A stretch of 32,000 nt of DNA from Megasphaera elsdenii DSM 20460 (lineage in GTDB: Bacteria; Bacillota; Negativicutes; Veillonellales; Megasphaeraceae), in assembly GCF_003010495.1 (NCBI RefSeq), contig NZ_CP027570.1:2040001-2072000 (forward strand), in the 5' to 3' direction. The position numbers were made by a program, and so were the translations under genes. The number at the start of each line of letters is the position of its first letter. Within the stretch, counting starts at the first letter, position 1. A model generated the notes under the pieces. That model saw nothing but the letters and a program-made list of their open reading frames with translations, did not search any database and had not been told where the DNA came from. Of this stretch, positions 19,172 through 27,436 are shown piece after piece.

Positions 19172-19670
19172 TGGTTCGTGGCTCGTTATGGACTCAGATG
19201 CCGCTATGCGGCGATGGATTCAAAGTGACAACGACGCTTCGGGATAACCCTCAGCGCGTAGCGGGCCGCCAGCCTCTGCTGTCCGTTTTGGCAGCCGTCC
19301 TGCGCCTCCCGTTGGTCGTCACTTGACGGGCCAAAAAGGCTTACAGGACGTCCCCTACGGATGCCGTTGCGCGGCAACATTTCATAATTGTATTACGACC
19401 GTGTGCTACTCGTCATAAATTCTGGCCATGCCCAGGATTCACGCGGGACGCCTTATCAGGACGTCCCCTACGAAATCGCATGCAGGCGATAAAAAAATTA
19501 TGCGGCTGCAAGTCGCAGCTGTAGGGGCCGTCCCAAAGGGCGGCCCGCTGTGAACAGGTGGAAATTATGCCTCGTTCTTCCGAACGGGCGCCCCACGTGG
19601 TCGCCCATACAGTTGTTGGGGACTGTCAATTCCCAGGAGTCGTGGCGGGCCGCCTGCGGTCCTGTGGACC
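19157..19670. repeat. Mosaic repeat block R7
   Basis: Heptad arm GTGTCTC GTGGCTA GTGGTTC GTGGCTC GTTATGG (19157-19191), short hairpins 19197-19213 and 19360-19377, and a split GTAG...CTAC palindrome (19258-19357) with an inverted 164-nt-element fragment in its loop. REP-like hairpins are at 19442-19471, 19521-19548 and 19586-19610. Confidence 0.88.
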
Positions 19671-19759
19671 GTAAAAAAATACAAGACTCCGATTTGCGGC
19701 TTGCGTTTAACTAAATATGTTATAATAAAGGAAACATGCATGAAGGGAGATAACTATTA

Positions 19760-20368
19760 ATGGGTCAGATACAGGTTGAAAAGAATGTAGGCGGTATTGA
19801 TGGGCTTTGTGTCATTATGCCGACGGTCCATGGTGATGGTCGTGGATATTTCATGGAAACGTATAATCAGAAGGATATGGAAGAAGCGGGATTCCATATC
19901 AATTTTGTTCAGGATAATCAGAGCATGAGCACCAAAGGTGTGCTTCGGGGACTCCATTTCCAGAAGCATTTCCCTCAATGCAAACTCGTCCGTGCCGTCC
20001 GCGGCAGTGTTTTTGACGTGGCTGTCGATTTGCGCCGTGATTCCAAGACGTATGGCAAGTGGTATGGCGTCGAATTGACGGAAGAAAACAAGAAGCAGTT
20101 CCTCATTCCGGAAGGCTTTGCCCATGGCTTCCTGGTCCTCAGCGACGTAGCGGAATTTTGTTATAAGGTCAACGACTTCTGGCATCCCAATGACGAAGGC
20201 GGCATGGCCTGGAATGATCCGGAAATCGGTATCCAGTGGCCTCAGCTCGTGGGTGAATATAAAGGTTCGCCCAGTGCCGCCGGTTATCATCTCGAAGACG
20301 GGACACCGTTGAACCTGAGCGATAAAGACCAGCAGTGGTTGGGGTTGAAAGATACCTTTTCCTTCTGA
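19760..20368 (+). CDS. rfbC: dTDP-4-dehydrorhamnose 3,5-epimerase
   Basis: 202 aa. ...HGDGRGYFMETY...GVLRGLHFQ...KLVRAVRGSVFDVAVDLR... is the RmlC cupin signature. Confidence 0.93.
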   Translation: MGQIQVEKNVGGIDGLCVIMPTVHGDGRGYFMETYNQKDMEEAGFHINFVQDNQSMSTKGVLRGLHFQKHFPQCKLVRAVRGSVFDVAVDLRRDSKTYGKWYGVELTEENKKQFLIPEGFAHGFLVLSDVAEFCYKVNDFWHPNDEGGMAWNDPEIGIQWPQLVGEYKGSPSAAGYHLEDGTPLNLSDKDQQWLGLKDTFSF

Positions 20369-20393
20369 GTGCCTGAAAGCGGGGGTGGGCTTT

Positions 20394-21302
20394 ATGCAGA
20401 ACATCATTGCTGTGATTTGGGATTTCGATAAGACGTTGATCGATGGGAATATGCAGGACCCTATTTTTGAGGAATATCATATCGATAAGGCCAAATTTTG
20501 GCAGCATGTCAATGCCTTGCCGGCGCGCTATGCCAAGGAAGGCGTCAAGGTCAATGCGGACACGATTTACTTGAATCAGTTCATCAAGGACGCACAGAAT
20601 GGGATTTTCAAAGGCCTCAATAATGAAAAGCTGAAAACTTTTGGCCAGAAACAGAAGTATTATCACGGTGTCCCGGAAATCTTCAAGAATCTCCAGCGCG
20701 TCGTCGAAGAGAATCCTAAGTACCGCGAGTACAACATCAAGGTAGAGCATTACATCGTCAGTACCGGTATGTCGGCTATCATCAAAGGGTCGGCGGTCAT
20801 GCCTTATGTCGAAGCTATCTGGGGCTGTGACCTCATTGAAGGGCTTGATGGAGAAAAGCATAAGATCATCGGCGAAGTGGGCTACACTATCGACAATACG
20901 ACCAAGACGCGGGCGCTGTTTGAAATCAATAAGGGCGTGCCCCAGCATCCGGAAATCGACGTTAACGCCAAGATGTCCGATGCTCTGCGGCGCGTCGCTT
21001 TTCCCAATATGATTTATATTGCCGACGGGCCGAGCGATGTGCCGGCCTTTTCGGTAGTCAAAAAATTCGGCGGATCGACCTTCGCCATTTATCCCAAGGG
21101 CAACAGTAAGGCCTTCTGCCAAGTCGAACAACTGCGGGAAGATGGCCGCATCGATATGTATGCTGAAGCCGATTACCGCGAGGGTACAACGGCTTATATG
21201 TGGCTGACCCACAAAGTCGACGAAATCGCCGAACGCATCTACAAAACAGAAAAAGAAAGCCTGGAAGGAGCCGTCTCGGCTGCTCCTAGACATTTGGTGT
21301 GA
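20394..21302 (+). CDS. HAD-superfamily hydrolase (specificity unknown)
   Basis: ATG 20394 follows GGGGGTG. Motif I is DFDKT (VIWDFDKTLIDG) and the late motif is YIADGPSDVPAF. It is co-oriented 25 nt downstream of rfbC. Confidence 0.75.
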   Translation: MQNIIAVIWDFDKTLIDGNMQDPIFEEYHIDKAKFWQHVNALPARYAKEGVKVNADTIYLNQFIKDAQNGIFKGLNNEKLKTFGQKQKYYHGVPEIFKNLQRVVEENPKYREYNIKVEHYIVSTGMSAIIKGSAVMPYVEAIWGCDLIEGLDGEKHKIIGEVGYTIDNTTKTRALFEINKGVPQHPEIDVNAKMSDALRRVAFPNMIYIADGPSDVPAFSVVKKFGGSTFAIYPKGNSKAFCQVEQLREDGRIDMYAEADYREGTTAYMWLTHKVDEIAERIYKTEKESLEGAVSAAPRHLV

Positions 21303-21368
21303 GTTTTTGCTTTATAGTTTGTAGTACAGAGTCTGTAGTTTACAGAAGATGACTTTTAAATTTAACAC

Positions 21369-21403
21369 CATCTACTAACCACTAACTGCTAGCCACTAAC
21401 CAC
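21369..21403 (-). repeat. Orphan heptad arm (GT-type on the minus strand)
   Basis: The minus strand reads GTGGTTA GTGGCTA GCAGTTA GTGGTTA GTAGATG. Its first 15 nt are identical to arm 3921-3935. It lies just downstream (minus sense) of the 21441-22310 gene and its terminator. Confidence 0.75.
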
Positions 21404-21405
21404 TT

Positions 21406-21439
21406 AAAAGGGCTTGTCGCATGTGCGACAAGCCCTTTT
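21406..21439. terminator. Bidirectional Rho-independent terminator between convergent genes
   Basis: Perfect 11-bp stem GGGCTTGTCGC (21410-21420) / GCGACAAGCCC (21425-21435), flanked by AAAA and TTTT. Confidence 0.85.
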
Positions 21440-21440
21440 A

Positions 21441-22310
21441 TCATCTCCGCGGCGGTGGCCGATGGCCATGGTGCGGCGGGGGTGGACGGTGCCAGCCCCA
21501 ATCACGGTAAAAAGGGCCGCCCCAGTTCCAATAGGTGTCCATATACAGTTGGGTCAGGTAGGCGTTGTAGGCCATGCGTTCCAGGTCGGCCTGGGTGACG
21601 ACGGAGATGCGGCGCGATGCCGTTTCTTTGATGTCGCCGACGGTGACGTCTGCCAAGATGTCGACTTGGCCTGTTTTGACGGGGATGATGCTGTTGTCTT
21701 CGCCGATTTTGGCAATCGATTCATTGAGACTCTTGGCATTCAGCGTGTAAGGGACCCCGCCTGGCGTCTGCAAGGCGACGATGCCTTTGCTGCCCAGGGC
21801 CAGGTAGCGCGGATAGATAATGACGCGGCTCTTTTTCATCATTTTTTCGGCGCTGCCATAGATCAAGCCTTCATGGGGAGCGTCCATGCGCCAGACGGAA
21901 CTCTTGTCTTTGGCGACCAGGTAGTCCCCGATTTGTTCCGTTGTCTTTTCGTCATATGCCCGGACGCGGCGGAAATACTTGTCCGTCAGGTCTTTGTCGA
22001 CGCGGAAATAATAAGGCCTGGTTTTCGCATCCAGCCCGGTCCGTTGGGAATCAATGGTCTGGAGCAAGGTCGTCACGTCTTTATAGGTCGAGCCTTTGGT
22101 CAGGTAGTATTTGTCGATGATCTTGCCCGTATGGCCGGCCAAAGGGTCCGTCGGTACACTGGCCTTGGCTGTATCAGCCGGATTAGCGGCCTGGACCTGT
22201 GCGGCTGGCTCGGCTGGAACCGTTTTGGCAGCTTCGTCGGCAGCCAGTCCGGACAAGGTCGTGCAAGTGCAGAACAAGGCGGCCAGGATAGCCTGTTTCC
22301 AAATGTTCAC
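21441..22310 (-). CDS. Hypothetical secreted protein with a Trp/Gly/Pro/His/Arg-rich C-terminal tail
   Basis: GTG start 7 nt after AGGAGG. The signal peptide is MNIWKQAILAALFCTCTTLSGLAA. There is a weak Big_2-like stretch (...SIIPVKTGQVDILADVTVGD...). The tail is YWNWGGPFYRDWGWHRPPPPHHGHRPPPRR. Confidence 0.7.
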   Translation of the reverse strand: MNIWKQAILAALFCTCTTLSGLAADEAAKTVPAEPAAQVQAANPADTAKASVPTDPLAGHTGKIIDKYYLTKGSTYKDVTTLLQTIDSQRTGLDAKTRPYYFRVDKDLTDKYFRRVRAYDEKTTEQIGDYLVAKDKSSVWRMDAPHEGLIYGSAEKMMKKSRVIIYPRYLALGSKGIVALQTPGGVPYTLNAKSLNESIAKIGEDNSIIPVKTGQVDILADVTVGDIKETASRRISVVTQADLERMAYNAYLTQLYMDTYWNWGGPFYRDWGWHRPPPPHHGHRPPPRR

Positions 22311-22585
22311 GATAACACCTCCTTCTTCATTTTACTATAGCGCGTCGCCGAGGCAACCGTCAATATACCGTGAAAAATTGCACGAGAAATGGACAGACCT
22401 GTCTTATTTTACAAACGTATGGCGGGTTTATTGAAAAATACTTATCAGAGGCATATAATAAATAGTATATACAATTTGTATATAAAAATGCCATATTTTG
22501 TCACTATTATACGAATATATTTGATGAAATAGACTGAATTGCTTGAACTCATTGTGACATCATAAGGCGTGCAGGAGGTTTTATC

Positions 22586-23527
22586 ATGAACAAGACGTAT
22601 AAAGTCATTTACAACCGGACGCGATGCATGTATCAAGTCGTATCCGAACTTGCCAAAGGCCGTACCAAATCAGAAACCCCAGAAATGCTGAAAACCGTTT
22701 TCAGCAAACACGGGAGTCTGGCCCGAGGCATCGTGATGACCGTCTTGTCCATGAGCCTGGCTATGCCCGTGGGGGTGGCCGTGCAGGCAGAAGAGGGAAG
22801 TGGGAATACGGGGAGTGGGGATACTACCTATATCTCTGATACCAATACAGAAGTCCAGAATATCCAGGCTCTGGACAAGCAGGTAGTCAAGAATGCACAG
22901 GATATTGCTGCCAATAAAACCACGACAACTACCAATACAAACAATATTACTGCGAATAAGACGGCAATAGACAAAAACACTGCAAGCATTGCCACGAATA
23001 CGAGCAATATTGCCGCTAATACAGGGGCCATCAGCAATGAAACCACAGCTCGGACTAAGGCTATCAGTGACTTGGAAACCAAACTGACTACTGGCGACAA
23101 CAGCCTAGCTTCCAAGGCCAATGTGGATGCGTCCAACATCGGTACGAAAATTGATACTTCCAGTGAAACCACCGATGAAGCCAAAAAGAAAAAGCAGGAA
23201 GACAATGCCAAACTCTGGGGTGAAGCCCTGGGTATTGGGACCATTGCTGATGGAAACGAAGAACTGCTCACTGGCGGAACCTTGTATACGGAACTGCGGC
23301 CTCCTGAAAACGGTTTCTATATTTATAACGGGCAATCCACTGCCTACAATCTGCTGGCTTTGGATTCAGCCGTCAATGCCCTGGGTGTGGAAAAAATAAC
23401 GGACAACAGCGGGAATATCACCTATGTGTCCAATCTGTACAAGTATTTCAAAGCCAATACAACGCCGTCGATGCAACAAAGCAGTCGACACCCGTATCCA
23501 ATCTCCAGATCCTCGGCAACGATGTGA
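22586..23527 (+). CDS. Adhesin fragment 1: ESPR signal region plus coiled stalk repeats
   Basis: MNKTYKVIYNRTRCMYQVVSELAKG is the extended signal peptide region of type V secretion. It is followed by a signal peptide, then NIAANKT...NITANKTAIDKNTASIATNTSNIAANTGAI stalk periodicity, and ends ...YKYFKANTT. Confidence 0.8.
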   Translation: MNKTYKVIYNRTRCMYQVVSELAKGRTKSETPEMLKTVFSKHGSLARGIVMTVLSMSLAMPVGVAVQAEEGSGNTGSGDTTYISDTNTEVQNIQALDKQVVKNAQDIAANKTTTTTNTNNITANKTAIDKNTASIATNTSNIAANTGAISNETTARTKAISDLETKLTTGDNSLASKANVDASNIGTKIDTSSETTDEAKKKKQEDNAKLWGEALGIGTIADGNEELLTGGTLYTELRPPENGFYIYNGQSTAYNLLALDSAVNALGVEKITDNSGNITYVSNLYKYFKANTTPSMQQSSRHPYPISRSSATM

Positions 23528-26500
23528 CAGCTACTCTCGGCAATTCCGTCTATCTCGGCACAAAATCTTCCGCCACGGCGTCTAAGTCGGCAACGGCGGA
23601 AGCCATCCAGTTGGCCCAAGACCAGGGCGATACAGAAGCACTTGCTTCGGATGAATACAAGAACGCTGCCACAGACGAAGCCAAAAATGCCATCAAGCAG
23701 AAATATGAAGCCAAGTATATCCATGCGGCCAATATCGCGGCAATGGACAAGGACGGTATCTCTGCCGGCGTGACCAACTACGACACAGATTACACCTATG
23801 GCAATGATAGTAGCTACAACTATGCGGGCAGTCAGGCTGATGGTATTGTTACAGTAGGCGGTAAAGACGCTACCCGCCGCATCCAGAACGTATCTGCTGG
23901 TCTTGTCGGTCCTACGAGCACCGACGCCGTCAACGGCTCCCAACTCTATGCCCTCACCCGGCAGATCCGTTTTGGCGGCGACAATTCCAGCTTCGGTACC
24001 ACTGCGGCAGACGATCAGAACGTCGTGGCCCGTGGCTCCAACGAGGCTATTTCCATCACCGGCGGCAGCGATGCTGTCACTTCGTCCAACGTCGATGGCA
24101 AGACCACCAACACGGTGGATACTGCCAAGCTCACCGGCAATAACATTGCTGTTGTTGCAGATGCGGACAAGAATGCCCTCCATGTACAGCTGGCCAGCAA
24201 CCTCAAGGACCTGAACACCGCTCAGTTGGGCTCTGGCAGTGGGGAAAGCTATAAAGAAACCATCAAGCTCGACGGCACAGGGACCAACGGCGGCCAGATG
24301 ACATTGGCTGGTGCTGATGGAACCGTAAAGACTACCCTGGATACCACAGGCCTTACGATTGCCAATGGCCCGAAATTTACCAGCAGCGGCATTGATGCAG
24401 CCAGCCAGAAAATCCATAATGTGACGGCAGGTACGGATGATGCAGATGCGGTTAATGTTAAGCAGCTGCAGTCTGCCCGTACATTGCTGACCCAGGGCAC
24501 GAATATCACTTTGGCTGATACAGATGCTGATGGACACCATACCTATACGGGGAATGTGGACAATCTGGCAGTGAAAGCCAACAAAGAAGCTGCGAAATCG
24601 GTGACGCTGAAAAACGGCCTGACCTTCAATGACGGCACTAATACAACTGCTTCTGTAGAAGAGAGCGGTGCTGTTTCCTACAACCTGAATCAGGAGATTT
24701 CCCTGAAGAAAGTCACTACCGGCAATAGCACACTGGATACAGAGGGTCTCACCATTTCCGGCGGGCCGAAGATTGCCGCCAGCGGTATCGACGCGGGAAA
24801 CAGGGTCATCAGTGGTGTTGCCAATGGCAGTAACGATACGGATGCGGTCAATGTATCGCAGCTCAAAGCCATTCAGTCCGATGTGAACGCAGGTTGGACA
24901 ATCAAAGGCAAAGATCCGGCGAATGCAGATGTAAACGCCAATATCGGTAAGGGAAAGACCGTGACCTATGATAACGGCAACTATATCAAGTCTGTAGTCA
25001 CGAAGGATGACAGCACTAGCAATGCCACGGTGAAGGTGGATGTGACCACCGGCACATTTGGTTCTGGTACCGGTGATAAGGCTGGTACGGTTACTTCCAC
25101 AGCCAATGGACTGGCAACGACCCAGGATGTAGCGAATGCTATCAACAGCGCATCTATCAATGTAGTGGCTGATAATACATCGGGTAGTAAGAAAGCAGTG
25201 AAAGCAGGAAATACTGTTCACTTTGCCAATGATGGAAATCTGACTTTGGTTCAGGGGGATAATACGTCAGGCGAAGCAACTTTCACTTACGGCCTGAAAC
25301 AAGAAATCAGTATCTCTAAAGTCACGACATCCGATACGACGAAAGGCTCTACGGTTCAGACGGCAGAAGGCATTACGACCACGGATGTAGCGGGCAATAC
25401 CTATATTCAGAATGGACAGGGCATTACCTTGACACCGAAGACTCCAGAAGACGGCAAGACAGCTGTTATCTTGTCTAATAAGGGGCTGAGTAATGGTGGT
25501 AACGTCATCAGTGGTGTTGGTGCTGGTACAGCTGATACAGATGCTGTCAATGTGGCCCAGCTGAAAGAAGTGAATGACAAGGTGGGCAGCGGTTGGCAGA
25601 TTGCCGGTAATGACGGACAGAAGGTGGCGGATATCGGCGCCGGCAAGAAGGTGACCTTCAAGTCGAACAGTGCGTATCTGACGACTAGTACAGCAGCTCG
25701 TTTAGGTACGGGCGAATCGGATACCGGTGCTGATGTTACCTATAGTCTGAAGACGAAAGCACTTGCGTCGGGTACGAATGGAACAGTCGCTTCTGTTTCT
25801 GACGCTGATGATGGCCTTGCCACGGCTAAGAATGTGGCGGAAACCATCAACCAGACTTACTGGACCGCAGCTTCCGGAAAATCCGGCAGCGGTAGCCAGA
25901 CGGATGAAACGGCCAACGCTGCGGATAAACAGATTTCGGCCGGAGATACGGTAATATTCAATGCCGGAAACAACCTATCCCTTGTCCAGAATGGAGCTTC
26001 CTTCACCTATGGTCTGCAGACCGATTTAACCGGAATGAATACCATCCGCTTTGGCGGTACTCTGAATAATGGGAACTGGTCGGGCGGTCTCTTGATTGGC
26101 AAGCAGGCAGGTTCTGGTGCCAACACTGCAGACGGTAACTATATTACAGGCCTTTCCAATACAAAATGGGACCGCGCGACCATATCGGAAAACAGCAGTA
26201 TGGCAGCTACAGAAGGAGAACTTAAACAAGCCATTGAGAATATCACTACGTCGGGTGGTGGTACTGGTGGTTTCGGCTTGCAAGCAGATACTGGGGACTC
26301 CATTATGCAGGATCTTCGCAAGACCATCCAAATTAAAGGTGACGGTGAAGGTTCGCAGGATGGCAACATCAAGACATCGAATGAAGGCGGTGTGCTGCGT
26401 ATCCGACTCAATAAGACGCTGAACTTGTCGGAAGACGGTTCTGTACAAGTCGGATCCAGCAAAATGTCAAACGGTGCTATTCAGCTGGGGGAAGATGCGG

Positions 26501-26727
26501 ATGCGAACAAAATCCTCATGGACAGTGCAAAGGGCATGGCAACAGTCGGTGGCGTGACGATAGATGGCGCAAATAAGACAGTATCCGGCCTGTCCAATAC
26601 AACATGGGAAGTTGCAAAAGCGACGCAGGATGTTTCCGTGGGCGGTTATAAAGGCTCGACTAAGGTTGCAACAGAAAGTCAGCTGGCAGCGGCTATCTCT
26701 GAAGCACAACTACGGCTGCTATCATGA
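23524..26727 (+). CDS. Adhesin fragment 2: YadA-like head/neck/stalk repeats
   Basis: Recurrent neck motifs are present: DAVNGSQLYAL, DADAVNVKQLQSA, DTDAVNVSQLKAI, DTDAVNVAQLKEV. This frame is already open from 23329. The fragment ends in the coiled segment ...ESQLAAAISEA. Confidence 0.8.
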   Translation: MTATLGNSVYLGTKSSATASKSATAEAIQLAQDQGDTEALASDEYKNAATDEAKNAIKQKYEAKYIHAANIAAMDKDGISAGVTNYDTDYTYGNDSSYNYAGSQADGIVTVGGKDATRRIQNVSAGLVGPTSTDAVNGSQLYALTRQIRFGGDNSSFGTTAADDQNVVARGSNEAISITGGSDAVTSSNVDGKTTNTVDTAKLTGNNIAVVADADKNALHVQLASNLKDLNTAQLGSGSGESYKETIKLDGTGTNGGQMTLAGADGTVKTTLDTTGLTIANGPKFTSSGIDAASQKIHNVTAGTDDADAVNVKQLQSARTLLTQGTNITLADTDADGHHTYTGNVDNLAVKANKEAAKSVTLKNGLTFNDGTNTTASVEESGAVSYNLNQEISLKKVTTGNSTLDTEGLTISGGPKIAASGIDAGNRVISGVANGSNDTDAVNVSQLKAIQSDVNAGWTIKGKDPANADVNANIGKGKTVTYDNGNYIKSVVTKDDSTSNATVKVDVTTGTFGSGTGDKAGTVTSTANGLATTQDVANAINSASINVVADNTSGSKKAVKAGNTVHFANDGNLTLVQGDNTSGEATFTYGLKQEISISKVTTSDTTKGSTVQTAEGITTTDVAGNTYIQNGQGITLTPKTPEDGKTAVILSNKGLSNGGNVISGVGAGTADTDAVNVAQLKEVNDKVGSGWQIAGNDGQKVADIGAGKKVTFKSNSAYLTTSTAARLGTGESDTGADVTYSLKTKALASGTNGTVASVSDADDGLATAKNVAETINQTYWTAASGKSGSGSQTDETANAADKQISAGDTVIFNAGNNLSLVQNGASFTYGLQTDLTGMNTIRFGGTLNNGNWSGGLLIGKQAGSGANTADGNYITGLSNTKWDRATISENSSMAATEGELKQAIENITTSGGGTGGFGLQADTGDSIMQDLRKTIQIKGDGEGSQDGNIKTSNEGGVLRIRLNKTLNLSEDGSVQVGSSKMSNGAIQLGEDADANKILMDSAKGMATVGGVTIDGANKTVSGLSNTTWEVAKATQDVSVGGYKGSTKVATESQLAAAISEAQLRLLS

Positions 26728-27433
26728 CGCCAATGCCGTGGCTATCGGGGCTTATTATCATCCCAATGATACGACCATCTTGTCCATCGGTGGCAGTATG
26801 GGCGGCGGTGAAAATATGGTCAACGCCGGTGTCACTTGGAAGATGGGACACAGCGGTCATGAACAACGGGCAGCTCAGCCTGTGGTTACGCATCCGGTCC
26901 AGGCGGCTCCTGCCGTGCAGCAGGCCGCTCCGGTCCGTCCGGCGCCTGTTGCTACTCCGGCACCTGTTGTCACTCCGGCTCCTGTCACTACGCCAGTTCC
27001 GGTGAAAGCAGTCGTTCCGGCAACGCCGGCTCCGGCTGTGACGACGGCCATGCCAGCCGCTCCGTCTGGCGATACGGCTGCCTTGGCCCAGATCCTGGCA
27101 CGGCAGACGGCGATCCTGGAAAAACTGGCTCAGAACCAGTCTCAGGCGGCTCGTCCGACAGCGGTAGCACACGGCGACGATATTTTCCCGGATGTCCCAG
27201 AAAATCATTGGGCCTATGCTTATGTAGCTAAATTAGAAAAAGCCGGTGCGCTCAAGGGATTCAAGCGTCCGGCTGTGTTGAAGAGTCCTATGATGACGCG
27301 TGATGATTTCGCGTCGGTATTGTACACGGCCATGGCCAACGGGGCCACGACCAATCCGGCCTTGAATGGTGACGACAGCCTGAACCGGCTGGCCCAGGAA
27401 TTTAAGGCGGAATTGAAAGATGTCAAGCCGTAA
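26702..27433 (+). CDS. Adhesin fragment 3: YadA-type membrane anchor strands, Pro/Ala/Val linker and SLH domain
   Basis: The anchor reads NAVAIGAYYHPNDTTILSIGGSMGGGENMVNAGVTWKMG. The linker is PAPVATPAPVVTPAPVTTPVPV and the SLH motif is FPDVPENHWAYAYVAKLEKAGALKGF. The formal ORF opens at 26564, overlapping fragment 2. Confidence 0.75.
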   Translation, partial: KHNYGCYHDANAVAIGAYYHPNDTTILSIGGSMGGGENMVNAGVTWKMGHSGHEQRAAQPVVTHPVQAAPAVQQAAPVRPAPVATPAPVVTPAPVTTPVPVKAVVPATPAPAVTTAMPAAPSGDTAALAQILARQTAILEKLAQNQSQAARPTAVAHGDDIFPDVPENHWAYAYVAKLEKAGALKGFKRPAVLKSPMMTRDDFASVLYTAMANGATTNPALNGDDSLNRLAQEFKAELKDVKP

Positions 27434-27436
27434 GGC

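Larger units (their letters stand above)
22586..27433 (+). pseudogene. Trimeric autotransporter adhesin (ESPR, YadA-like stalk/head repeats, YadA-type anchor, SLH domain) interrupted by two frame changes
   Basis: Three consecutive ORFs in frames 2/1/2 together form one canonical domain order. The frame changes are near 23455-23465 and 26700-26727. See the fragment entries below. Confidence 0.6.

Noticed and set aside
19157-21403. Arms 19157-19191 and 21369-21403 as a matched pair bracketing rfbC plus the HAD gene as 2.2 kb of cargo.
   Set aside because: Complementarity between these two arms is limited to about 8-10 nt (GTGGCTAG). The 21369 arm matches the glyS arm (3921-3935) much better, so I treat it as an orphan arm.
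23440-23530. Simple-sequence phase-variation switch at the adhesin frame junctions (also 26690-26730).
   Set aside because: There is no homopolymer or short tandem repeat at either junction. The frame changes look like point indels or a small deletion, or like assembly errors.
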